64,000 bases of DNA from Acetivibrionales bacterium (lineage in GTDB: Bacteria; Bacillota; Clostridia; Acetivibrionales; DTU013): the NCBI GenBank assembly GCA_050952225.1, contig JBMNKL010000003.1, positions 169,846 through 233,845 of the forward strand, in the 5' to 3' direction. The stretch's first letter is position 1; every line of letters starts with the position of its first letter. The notes under the pieces were generated by a model. The model saw nothing but the letters and a program-made list of their open reading frames with translations. It ran no database searches and was not told the DNA's origin. Shown here in pieces: positions 37,519 to 46,811 of this stretch. Position numbers and translations under genes: made by a program.

Positions 37519-38775
37519 ATGGAGATGATTTTACTGAATTCGTCAGCAAAAACAATGTGCTGTATTTTAATAACTGTCTTGGTTTTTATGCCTGCTTTTT
37601 CACCCGGTAACTGCGGCGTGTTTTCGGTATCGGCGTCTGAAACCGGAGTTCTATCCGGCAATAAACAGCTTATATTGAACGCTAAGGCGGTGGTCTTGAT
37701 AGAAGAGTCCTCAGGCCGCGTGTTGTATTCGAAGAATGCAACGGAGAAGCGTTCCATTGCGAGCACGACAAAGATAATGACCGCCCTTACGGCGCTTGAG
37801 AACGGGAACCTTGAAGATGCGGTTACGGTAAGCAAAAGGGCTGCGAGCATAGGCGGTTCGACAATAGGCCTGAGGGCAGGGGAAAAGTATACACTTAAAG
37901 AGATGCTATATGCGCTTCTTATGATTTCAGCCAACGATGCTGCAATTGCAATCGCGGAGCATGTCGGCGGTACTGTCGAAAACTTCGCGGCAATGATGAA
38001 CAAAAGGGCTGCTTCACTCGGGGCGGCGGATTCAAATTTTGTGACGCCACATGGCCTGGACAGGGGAAACCAGTACTCAACGGCCTACGACGTGGCGCTG
38101 ATTACGAGGGAAGCTTTGAAAAACCCGGTTTTTGCGGAAATAGTGTCAACAACTTCATCAAGTATAAGCGGCCATAACCTTTACAATACGAATGAACTTC
38201 TCGGATCATACCAGGGAGTTGACGGTGTAAAGACGGGCTATACGGGCAAAGCAGGAAGATGTCTTGTAACGACGGCAAAAAGGGACGGTATGCGGCTGAT
38301 TTCCGTTGTTCTCGGCTCTCCTACCAGGGGTGCAAGGGCGGAGGCAACAAGGAAGCTGCTGGATTATGGATTTGATAATTTCAAAATGCACAGGCTGAGG
38401 AAGTCGGGTGAGATATACGCCAGGGTGCCTGTATACAGGGGAGTGAAAGGGCACGTGCCCTTGATGGTGGAGCGGGATATTGTCCTTCCATTAACCGAAG
38501 ATGAGGTTGAGATAATCAAGGAGAAAAAGCTTGTTCCCGGAGTGCTTAACGCACCTGTATACGCTGGCATGGAATCCGGATTCCTGGAATACAGGCTCAA
38601 CGGAGAAGTGTTGGCGCAAAGCGCGCTCAAGGTATCGGAGAATATCCGTAAAAAAACATATTTGGACTACTTAAGTACCATATTTAAATCCTGGTGCAGA
38701 ATGATGCGCAATGGAATGTTTCCAGGAACATGGGGAGGTACCTGTCCCCCTGTCCCATCGGCCTGGTGTGTGTGA
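37519..38775 (+). CDS. D-alanyl-D-alanine carboxypeptidase (S11, DacB/DacF-like)
   Basis: 418 aa with a signal peptide. SxxK (ASTTKIMT), SxN (SAND) and KTG (KTGYT) motifs. Confidence 0.9.
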   Translation: MEMILLNSSAKTMCCILITVLVFMPAFSPGNCGVFSVSASETGVLSGNKQLILNAKAVVLIEESSGRVLYSKNATEKRSIASTTKIMTALTALENGNLEDAVTVSKRAASIGGSTIGLRAGEKYTLKEMLYALLMISANDAAIAIAEHVGGTVENFAAMMNKRAASLGAADSNFVTPHGLDRGNQYSTAYDVALITREALKNPVFAEIVSTTSSSISGHNLYNTNELLGSYQGVDGVKTGYTGKAGRCLVTTAKRDGMRLISVVLGSPTRGARAEATRKLLDYGFDNFKMHRLRKSGEIYARVPVYRGVKGHVPLMVERDIVLPLTEDEVEIIKEKKLVPGVLNAPVYAGMESGFLEYRLNGEVLAQSALKVSENIRKKTYLDYLSTIFKSWCRMMRNGMFPGTWGGTCPPVPSAWCV

Positions 38776-38829
38776 TGCCTTGAATGTTTGAATCTTGTCA
38801 GATATAATAGCCTCACAGCGAGGTTTATT

Positions 38830-40758
38830 ATGAAAACGTTGATTGTTGCGCTTAATTCAAAATACATACATTCATCACTGGCCGCATGGTACCTTAAGGC
38901 TTCTTGCGGCCCCGGCTGTGGCGATGTTTTTGTCAGGGAATACACTATCAACGAAAACATGGAGCGTATTTTGTCATCCATTTATTCGGAAAAACCTGAT
39001 ATAGTCGCATTTTCATGCTATATCTGGAATATATCCCATGTGCATCGCCTGGCAAGCAGCCTGAAAAAGGTTTCGCCCGGGACAATTATTGTGCTTGGAG
39101 GGCCGGAGGTCTCGTACGACGCAGAGGATATATTGGCTGGTTGCGATTATGTTGACTATGTCATGGCTGGTGAAGGGGAAAGGTCGTTTCCCGGCTTCTT
39201 ATCCTGCATGGAGCGCGCAGGGATTTTTTCCACTGGCGGCGTTTCCGGCCGGGCTGGTTGTGAAAATCTTTTGCAAGAGAATGACCAGGCTTGCAGCCGG
39301 GATGTACCGGGGCTGAAATCTATTGACGGCCTTGCATGGCGTTCGGATGAAGGCATTGTTGTGTCCGCCCCCGCTGTAATTGAGGACCTGGACAGCATTC
39401 CGTCGCCATATACGAACGAAATGCTGTCGGCATTGGATGATAGAATAGTTTACTTCGAATCTTCCAGGGGGTGTCCTTTTTCATGCAGCTATTGCCTGTC
39501 ATCGGTATCGGGAGGGGTCAGGTATTTTTCACTGGAAAGGGTCTTCCGTGATTTGGACAGGCTGGTTTTCTCGGGAGTAAAGCAGGTAAAATTCGTAGAC
39601 AGGACTTTCAATGCGTCAAGATCAAGGGCGAAGGATATAATCCGGCATATACTCAAGCTAAGCGAATCAGGCTCCCGGTGCAATTTTCATTTTGAAGTCG
39701 GGGCAGACCTGTTTGATGAAGAAATGCTGAACATGCTTGAAAACTCGCCCAAAGGGCTGATACAAATCGAGGCCGGGATACAGAGTACGAATAATGAAAC
39801 GCTGGTTTCGATAAACAGGAAGACCGATTTGAAGAAAGCGCTTGAAAACCTGGAAAGGATAGTGAAGAGCGGAAATGTCCATGTACATGCCGATTTAATA
39901 GCCGGATTGCCTTACGAGGATTACTGTTCCTTCAGGAATTCGTTCAATGGTGTTTATAAAGTGAAGCCGCATCATCTGCAGGTTGGATTCCTAAAGTTCC
40001 TTAAGGGGACAGACATGCGGAAACGGGCATATGAGGATGGTTTTGTGTTTAATGACTGCCCGCCCTATGAAGTGCTCGGCGGAAAACATATCGGTTTTGA
40101 CGAGTTGATTGTTTTAAAAGACATTGCTTTTGTGGTGGATAAATATTATAACAGCGGCCGTTTTGCTTTTTCATTGGATTACGTTATTTCAAGGCATTTT
40201 TCAACAGCTTTTGATTTTTATGAGAAATTCTCGTCTTTTTTGAAAGAGGAAGGATTCATGGATAGCAATTGGGCGGCCAGGGAATTATATATGTTCCTTT
40301 ACCGGTTTGGGTCAGGCTTGATGAACAAGGATGAATTGACAGGTTTTTGCGAACTGCTCAGGCTTGATTTCCTTGCCTCCGACAGGTCGGGGTCGCCGCC
40401 TGGATTCCTGGCTAAGAAATATGAACCCGGTTTTCGCGACCGTTGTTATAGCTTCCTCAAGGATACTGGCCGTATTGACGGAATAATTCCCGGGGCGGAA
40501 AACATCCCGGTAAAACTGCTGAAGAAAGTACATTTTGAACAGTTTCGTTTTGGCTCCATTCCGATTGCAGTGGATAACGCATTTGTGCATTTCCCGTGCA
40601 AAGACACCGTTGCCATTCAGGCTAACAAAGAGTGCACCGCGGCGCATGTTGCAGCAAGTGATTCCCCGCGGGCGAACGAGCCTGTCACGTTGCTTTTCTG
40701 TTACTTCTCACGGGATAAAGTAACGGGACGGTATCCTTTTTTCCGCGTTAACATATAA
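38830..40758 (+). CDS. B12-binding-domain radical SAM protein (DUF4080 type)
   Basis: The ORF is open from 38788; GAGG precedes ATG 38830. MKTLIVALNSKYIHSSLAAWYL N-terminus and radical SAM motif CPFSCSYC. Confidence 0.8.
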   Translation: MKTLIVALNSKYIHSSLAAWYLKASCGPGCGDVFVREYTINENMERILSSIYSEKPDIVAFSCYIWNISHVHRLASSLKKVSPGTIIVLGGPEVSYDAEDILAGCDYVDYVMAGEGERSFPGFLSCMERAGIFSTGGVSGRAGCENLLQENDQACSRDVPGLKSIDGLAWRSDEGIVVSAPAVIEDLDSIPSPYTNEMLSALDDRIVYFESSRGCPFSCSYCLSSVSGGVRYFSLERVFRDLDRLVFSGVKQVKFVDRTFNASRSRAKDIIRHILKLSESGSRCNFHFEVGADLFDEEMLNMLENSPKGLIQIEAGIQSTNNETLVSINRKTDLKKALENLERIVKSGNVHVHADLIAGLPYEDYCSFRNSFNGVYKVKPHHLQVGFLKFLKGTDMRKRAYEDGFVFNDCPPYEVLGGKHIGFDELIVLKDIAFVVDKYYNSGRFAFSLDYVISRHFSTAFDFYEKFSSFLKEEGFMDSNWAARELYMFLYRFGSGLMNKDELTGFCELLRLDFLASDRSGSPPGFLAKKYEPGFRDRCYSFLKDTGRIDGIIPGAENIPVKLLKKVHFEQFRFGSIPIAVDNAFVHFPCKDTVAIQANKECTAAHVAASDSPRANEPVTLLFCYFSRDKVTGRYPFFRVNI

Positions 40759-40789
40759 ATGTGAAGAGATGCCTTAACAGCGTGCCTGC

Positions 40790-41806
40790 TCAGGTAATGT
40801 TTTTCAAAATGTTGAATTCTTTATTTGCAATATCGGCAAGTTCCTTTTGTATTTTATCTTTATAAGATTTGTCCCTGGATATTCTGCATTTCAGTACAAT
40901 GTTGATCAGCTTTTTCATTCTCGCCTCTATCTCGTATAGATCAGCAAGCAGCGAGTCACTTACATTGTAATATCCTTTTTCGGATAAATAGCGGAACCTC
41001 AGGCACATCATGGTCTTATGGTCACTCAGCAAATGGAATGGCCTTATGTCAATTTCATGAGGATCATAAGATGTGACGTTCCCGATATAGTTGCTCAAAG
41101 ATTCATATACCTGTATCCCGAAAACTATATCCGGCTTGTTGTATTCGTTGTACAGCTCCCAATATTCCGGTGTTGTCCCGTTTATGTAGGCCTTAATGAA
41201 GTTTAAAATGTTCATGATATCGAATTTATAATCGCAGCTTTCATTAAAAGTATAAAGGTATATCATTTTATTAAGATAGTCCGGATTTGTTGTAAGATTA
41301 TATGTATTGTAAGCCTTTAGACAATCGGAAAAAGATAATTCTTCATAACTATATATGCCAAAATTAAAAAAGTCGGAGACGAATAATATCTCTTTGCTCA
41401 TGTCATATCCATAAATTAATATGTCATGATGAAGGTTCATTCTCATATAGCGTATGCTGAACGGAACAAAGTAATAATTCAGCATAGTGTGTACATACTG
41501 TCCGGCATTTATGCGGTCTATAACGAAATGAACAAAGGATTCCCACTTTGTTTCGGCAAGGTCCCTGTTAATCTTTTGGGTAAGAATCCATTTGCAACTG
41601 TCAGATGGCCTGATTTCATAAGGAAGAGGGAAATAGAAATCTCCCCAATTATGTTTATAGTCCCTGTTTATATATAATTGTATATAATTACTGTAAATCC
41701 AATCATATGTATTTTCGTAGTTTGACAGAATGGATAATAAATGAGCATGTTGTGTGTAGGTAGTTATCATGGGATATTTTGCAGGAAGTATTTTCCGGTT
41801 GCTCAA
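40790..41806 (-). CDS. Hypothetical protein in an AT-rich island
   Basis: 338 aa, rich in Tyr/Asn/Ile. Sampled 60-nt lines give about 23-25% G+C, against about 48% in the flanks. I recognise no family. It contains SDSCKW and NLHHDILIYGYD motifs. Confidence 0.6.
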   Translation of the reverse strand: MSNRKILPAKYPMITTYTQHAHLLSILSNYENTYDWIYSNYIQLYINRDYKHNWGDFYFPLPYEIRPSDSCKWILTQKINRDLAETKWESFVHFVIDRINAGQYVHTMLNYYFVPFSIRYMRMNLHHDILIYGYDMSKEILFVSDFFNFGIYSYEELSFSDCLKAYNTYNLTTNPDYLNKMIYLYTFNESCDYKFDIMNILNFIKAYINGTTPEYWELYNEYNKPDIVFGIQVYESLSNYIGNVTSYDPHEIDIRPFHLLSDHKTMMCLRFRYLSEKGYYNVSDSLLADLYEIEARMKKLINIVLKCRISRDKSYKDKIQKELADIANKEFNILKNIT

Positions 41807-42062
41807 TTTGCACCACCTCGTACTAATTATAGACTAGGATGAAGATATATGCAAGTATTGTAATAATAAGTATTTAAATGTCGAAAAAATGTTATTACCG
41901 CCATCTCTTTTTGTTGATCCTTCATCATTTTCAATCAGGGCTTGAATCATACCCGCAAATTTGGTCATAAAATATTGTGATTCTAAATTTTATTTCCCAA
42001 ATCATGGCATGTTTTTTAAATAAGGTGTAAAATAATGGTATATATGGTACCAATATAGTAAA

Positions 42063-42731
42063 GTGGTGTTCCGATATATGCAAATAACAGTCGATGGCCA
42101 TGGAAACAAGGGCAGCATTACCGTTGAGGCGTCAATTATTGTCCCGCTGGTGATACTTAGCATTGCATCGGCAATATACATTGGTCTATTGCTTTATCAA
42201 AGGGCCCTGCTGCAATCAGCGGCTGAAACGGCATGTGAAGCTGGCGCTGCAGCGTTTTCATCCGGAATAAAGGAATTGGGTGCCGGAAAGCCGCAAAAAA
42301 CCGATTTTGAGCAATACAGCCTGTACCGGAGGCTTTTTGACTGCGAAAAAGAAGACAGGCTTCAACTGGTTGAGGAATACGCGTTATCCATGGCATCCCG
42401 CAATGAACTGGTACGGCCGGAAGATATTAATGCGGAGGCAACAGTCAAAGATTATGCCGTATATAAAAAGCTGGAAGTGAAAATAAGCTCCTGCTACAAT
42501 CTTCCGCTCGGTAATTTTCTCAGGCTGTTTGGCGGCAGCGGAATGTGCAGGATAAATGTCAACGCCGTTTCGACCGTTGACGAGCCTGAAGAACTGATTA
42601 GAACTACGGATTTTATTATAGACCTGGAGAAAAAGCTGGAAGAGAAATTTCCCGGGGTTAAGAACCTTGGAGAGCAAAGCAGGAATGCAATAAATGAAAT
42701 CAAGCAAAGGCTTGAAAAATTTATGGATTAA
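42063..42731 (+). CDS. TadE-like pseudopilin-family protein
   Basis: 222 aa (GTG 42063 or ATG 42078). N-terminus ...NKG/SITVEASIIVPLVILSIASAIY has G, an E at +5 and a hydrophobic helix, the TadE-like signature. Confidence 0.65.
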   Translation: MVFRYMQITVDGHGNKGSITVEASIIVPLVILSIASAIYIGLLLYQRALLQSAAETACEAGAAAFSSGIKELGAGKPQKTDFEQYSLYRRLFDCEKEDRLQLVEEYALSMASRNELVRPEDINAEATVKDYAVYKKLEVKISSCYNLPLGNFLRLFGGSGMCRINVNAVSTVDEPEELIRTTDFIIDLEKKLEEKFPGVKNLGEQSRNAINEIKQRLEKFMD

Positions 42732-42746
42732 GGGGGAGCCGGTTCC

Positions 42747-45131
42747 TTGAGAAGCAGGATTTCAGGCCAAGTCACCGTCTTTTCGGCGGTTGTAATGATG
42801 GCCGTCCTTGTGCTTGCAGGTTTGCTTGTCGATATTTCCAGGATAAACGCGGGGCGCGCGTTGGTTAAGAGGTCGGTCGGCCTGGCGGCAAGGTCGCTGC
42901 TTGCCGAATATGGCAGCAAGCTTAAGGAGAATTACGGCTTGTTTGCCATTGCGGATGCGGATGAAGCTAGTTTGTGCGACAGGTTTGAAGAGTATCTTGC
43001 TTGCAGTTTGTCCATACCATACGATGAAGAATCCTATCATGGCGGTACCGACCTTTTTGGCTTTAGGATAGAAAAAATCAAGGTAACGCCAATATATAAC
43101 CTGAGCGAAAATAATGTGACCAAGAAACAGATACTGGAGTATATGAAGTACAGGGCGCCCACGGAGCTTGTTGAAAAATTCATGGAAAAGCTCGCAGCGG
43201 TGAAGGACGTTGGAAAAATGTCCGGTGCTTACAAACAGAAGGTGGGCATAGATAAGATCCTGGGAAGCATGGACAAATCGCAACAAAAATTGAAGAAGCT
43301 TGTCGACGGCACAGGCAGCGGGACGGATAAATACATAAACGGGTTCAATCTTAACGGCGCGTGGGAGTCGGCATACCGCGAATTCAATTCGCTGTCGAAA
43401 GAACTTGAATCTATCATGGACAGCATAGATTCACTGGACAAGACTATCGGTGAACTTAAAGCAGGAATATCCAAGCCCGGAAACGAAGAAGAAATGCCGC
43501 ATGACGATACAATAAACCGCCTGGACGAATTGAGACAGGAGCGGTCCGGCCTTTATGACGCCGCCGGCGATACCGAAGAACGGATGGGACAGGTATGGAA
43601 TGATATCCGGTATTCGCTGACAGGCGATTATATCAAGGCAAATATGGATGCCGCAAAAGAAATAGATAAAATCATTGAGAAGGGGGAAAAGGCAAAAGAA
43701 GCTATTACCAGGCTTGAAAAGTACCTGGAAGATAATTTTTCCGCGGATGTGGGAGAATTTGCAAAAGATTTCAGGGAACAGACGCAGGCGGAGCTTGACA
43801 AACTGAAATCGCTTATCCTGGAAGGCGAGCGCGCGGAAGAGATTTTGGAAAAAGTAGAAGATAACAGTAATCTTCTTAGAAATATCACGGCCATACTGGA
43901 TGAAGCATGGAAGGGACAAAGCGGCGGAACGGCATCGGAATTGCCGTCTTTACTGCTTGATATGATTAAGAACTATTCCAATATCAGTTATAACTATTCA
44001 AAACCCGATAAAGGAGAAAAAAAGGATGATCCCAGGAGCGGGAAAAAGAACGCGGCAAAAGAATTTATCGCAGAAAAAATCCTGGAGGATAAGAATTATG
44101 AAACCGACGGCATTGACAAAAACAGCCTTCCATCGTTTACCAAGGTCGAAACAAGAGGCTTTGAGCAGGAAGACGAGGCTTTCATAGGCGGGTATGGCGA
44201 AAGACCCTATGCCGGGGGCGGTTCTTCTGACCAAGAGGTTGTATACGAAGGAAAACTTGATGAGATTTGCGAGGAAATGGACTTCTATGATGAGGAAGAC
44301 ATGTTCCAGGAAAACGCGCTGGAGTTCATAGCGGATATTGGAAACCTTGTCGACATGGCGGCTGTTGACCTGAGAGATAACATATATATTAACGAGTATA
44401 TCATGGGAACTTTTAAAAACTCCGTACCGGTTCTGATGCATGGAAATGAAACCGTTAGTGATAAAAACCTTCAGGGAATTGATAAAGCGTCGCTGGAAAC
44501 GTACTATGACAGCGAAGTGGAATATATTCTGCACGGACAGCCTTCTCAAGCGCTCAACAACATTATGACAAGGGCGGAACTTCTGCTTGTGAGGTTTGGA
44601 CTTAATACCCTGCATGTATTTACCGACGAGGAGAAAAGGACATTGGCCACAAGCATCGCAACCGCGGCTGCAGGGTGGTGGACAGGCGGAGCGGGCATAC
44701 CGGTCATATCAAACCTGATCATGTGCGGCTGGGGTATGGGTGAAGCCTTGATTGACGTATCTGAACTGACAGGCGGGAAATCCGTCCCGATTTATAAATT
44801 GAAGGGCGACTGGAAGCTGGACATAGGCATTACGCCCAGGACCGGTCTTAATACGGATAAGCGGTTGTATTTCAATTATCATGATTACCTGAGACTGTTT
44901 TTGCTAACTGTGGGTGAAAGCAAGAAACTCGGCAGGATTGAAGACCTTATACAGCTAAATATGGGAAAATCAAAAACCGGTTTTAAAATGTCCGGATGCT
45001 ATACATATCTCCGGGTGGAGGCGGAGGTTTCCATGAAGTACTTGTTTATTACCGCGCCGTTTGTAAGACGGGAGCTGAAAACAGGCGATGGAAGGTATTT
45101 GTTCAAGGTACTGGCATATGAAGGATATTGA
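42747..45131 (+). CDS. Large TadG-like N-terminal-anchor protein with coiled-coil middle and conserved C-terminal domain
   Basis: 794 aa, TTG start after AAGGGGGAG. N-terminus MRSRISG/QVTVFSAVVMMAVLVLAGLLVDISRINAGRALVKRSVGLAARS is TadG-N like. Residues of about 150-400 are E/K-rich and heptad-like. An acidic stretch follows. The C-terminus has the Gly/Trp-rich hydrophobic segment AAAGWWTGGAGIPVISNLIMCGWGMGEAL. Confidence 0.6.
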   Translation: MRSRISGQVTVFSAVVMMAVLVLAGLLVDISRINAGRALVKRSVGLAARSLLAEYGSKLKENYGLFAIADADEASLCDRFEEYLACSLSIPYDEESYHGGTDLFGFRIEKIKVTPIYNLSENNVTKKQILEYMKYRAPTELVEKFMEKLAAVKDVGKMSGAYKQKVGIDKILGSMDKSQQKLKKLVDGTGSGTDKYINGFNLNGAWESAYREFNSLSKELESIMDSIDSLDKTIGELKAGISKPGNEEEMPHDDTINRLDELRQERSGLYDAAGDTEERMGQVWNDIRYSLTGDYIKANMDAAKEIDKIIEKGEKAKEAITRLEKYLEDNFSADVGEFAKDFREQTQAELDKLKSLILEGERAEEILEKVEDNSNLLRNITAILDEAWKGQSGGTASELPSLLLDMIKNYSNISYNYSKPDKGEKKDDPRSGKKNAAKEFIAEKILEDKNYETDGIDKNSLPSFTKVETRGFEQEDEAFIGGYGERPYAGGGSSDQEVVYEGKLDEICEEMDFYDEEDMFQENALEFIADIGNLVDMAAVDLRDNIYINEYIMGTFKNSVPVLMHGNETVSDKNLQGIDKASLETYYDSEVEYILHGQPSQALNNIMTRAELLLVRFGLNTLHVFTDEEKRTLATSIATAAAGWWTGGAGIPVISNLIMCGWGMGEALIDVSELTGGKSVPIYKLKGDWKLDIGITPRTGLNTDKRLYFNYHDYLRLFLLTVGESKKLGRIEDLIQLNMGKSKTGFKMSGCYTYLRVEAEVSMKYLFITAPFVRRELKTGDGRYLFKVLAYEGY

Positions 45132-45186
45132 TGGAAAGCCGGGGAGGAGCATAAGTGAAATCAGTATAAAGGTGAGAGACTGGGTT

Positions 45187-46602
45187 ATGGTAAAGTCCGC
45201 GATGGCTGAAAAGGTAGAATATTCACCGCTTAAAATGAAAAAAAGCTTGATTAGGGAAGAGGCGGGAGCTTTGGCGGCAGAGACGTACTTGGTCCCGGAG
45301 GAAGATAAAAAGACATTGAAGGAGGAGGCTATCCCGAAACCGGCGGAAGATGAAAGAACGATGACCGTGCAAAAAGGCTCGGTTACGGTGGAAGCGGCCC
45401 TGGTGCTTCCCGTGCTTTTATGCGCCTTTTTTACCGTCATATTTTTGATGAAAATGGTTTATGCATACGGACTGATTCAGCATGCGATTGACAAAACAGC
45501 CGCTGAGATGGCGTCGGCGGGATATATTTATCATATCAGCGGAATAAGGGATATTCATGATAGTGTACATAACGGCATCAGCGAAAGAACGGAGATTTTT
45601 AAGAAGCAGATAGACAGTGTATTCGACGCATACAACAGCCTGAAGGGATTGAAAGAATCTCTTGAAGAAGGAAGCGAAAGGCTGGATAAAAGCGCGGATT
45701 TGCCGGGAAATGCGGAAGAAAATTTCAGGTATATGATTGATAATGCATTAGAGGCGGTCAGCAATCCGGTGGACGAACTAAAGATTATTTCATGCTACAT
45801 TTTCGGCGGCGCTTTTGACGATGCCAAGACACAGTTATTTATACCGGTACTGAAGCTCTATATGAAGAAATATCTTGTCACGGACAGTATGAAATCCGCC
45901 GACGAAAGGCTTAAAAACCTGAACATAAGAGATGGCTTCAGCGGGCTCGATTTCAGCGAATCGTCTTTTCTCTCCGATAAGGAAGAGAATATTGAAATAG
46001 TAGTACGCTACCGCATTGACCTGCCTTTGCCGGTGAAATTAACTCCCGGCTTTGATTTTGTCCAGAGGGCACGGGTTAAAGCCTGGATGGGAGGAGACGA
46101 GACGAAAGGCGTACTCAATGACGCTGCGGGCAATGCCGCTGATGATGTATGGTCGCTGAACAATTTCCAGAGAGGCCTTAAAATACGCCGCCTTTTCGGA
46201 GCAAACCTGCCGTCAAGTTTTCCTGTCATTGCCAGGTTTGACAGTGGCAAAGCTGTTATGATTAAAAGCATGGATCTCACGGCGAAAAGTTACCAGGAGG
46301 GAGATAATGCCCAAAAGAAGCTAATGAAGCATATAAATGAGCTGGCTGGGTATAAAGGCCAGGATAAACCGTGGGGGAGCGACAATATTGTAATACCGCG
46401 GGATTCTATCAAGAGCAGGGAGCTTGTGCTTGTTATTCCAAAGAACAAGTTGTCGGAGGCAAATGAACAAATGCTTTTGGAAATGGTTGAAAAGGCAGCT
46501 TCGAAGGGAGTAACGCTGGTTGTCGAAAGATACGGCACAAAGATAATGAAGGACGACGATGTGTCTGGCGATGGCGGTGACGGCGGAGATAAGTCAACTT
46601 GA
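45187..46602 (+). CDS. TadE-like protein with extended C-terminal domain (start ambiguous: 45088, 45187 or 45361)
   Basis: The ORF is open from 45088. The internal MTVQKG/SVTVEAALVLPVLLCAFFTVIF (ATG 45361) is a second TadE-like signature. The C-terminal 164 aa (46108-46602) form a separate domain ending in DDDVSGDGGDGGDKST. Confidence 0.6.
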   Translation: MVKSAMAEKVEYSPLKMKKSLIREEAGALAAETYLVPEEDKKTLKEEAIPKPAEDERTMTVQKGSVTVEAALVLPVLLCAFFTVIFLMKMVYAYGLIQHAIDKTAAEMASAGYIYHISGIRDIHDSVHNGISERTEIFKKQIDSVFDAYNSLKGLKESLEEGSERLDKSADLPGNAEENFRYMIDNALEAVSNPVDELKIISCYIFGGAFDDAKTQLFIPVLKLYMKKYLVTDSMKSADERLKNLNIRDGFSGLDFSESSFLSDKEENIEIVVRYRIDLPLPVKLTPGFDFVQRARVKAWMGGDETKGVLNDAAGNAADDVWSLNNFQRGLKIRRLFGANLPSSFPVIARFDSGKAVMIKSMDLTAKSYQEGDNAQKKLMKHINELAGYKGQDKPWGSDNIVIPRDSIKSRELVLVIPKNKLSEANEQMLLEMVEKAASKGVTLVVERYGTKIMKDDDVSGDGGDGGDKST

Positions 46603-46811
46603 TATTCACGCCTGGGAAATGATAATGACAACGCCGATAGCTGGGATAATAAAAACGGTGATGATAGATGCAATAAGACCGATATCGGCCATAAGTGATC
46701 AAGTCGGTTTTGCAAAGAACTACAGCCGGTATTGCATTTATATATTTTCTGTTATAGAATATTGGTTAATTGAGCAAGATGAGATTGAAAAGAAGAGGAG
46801 AGATGAGAAAG

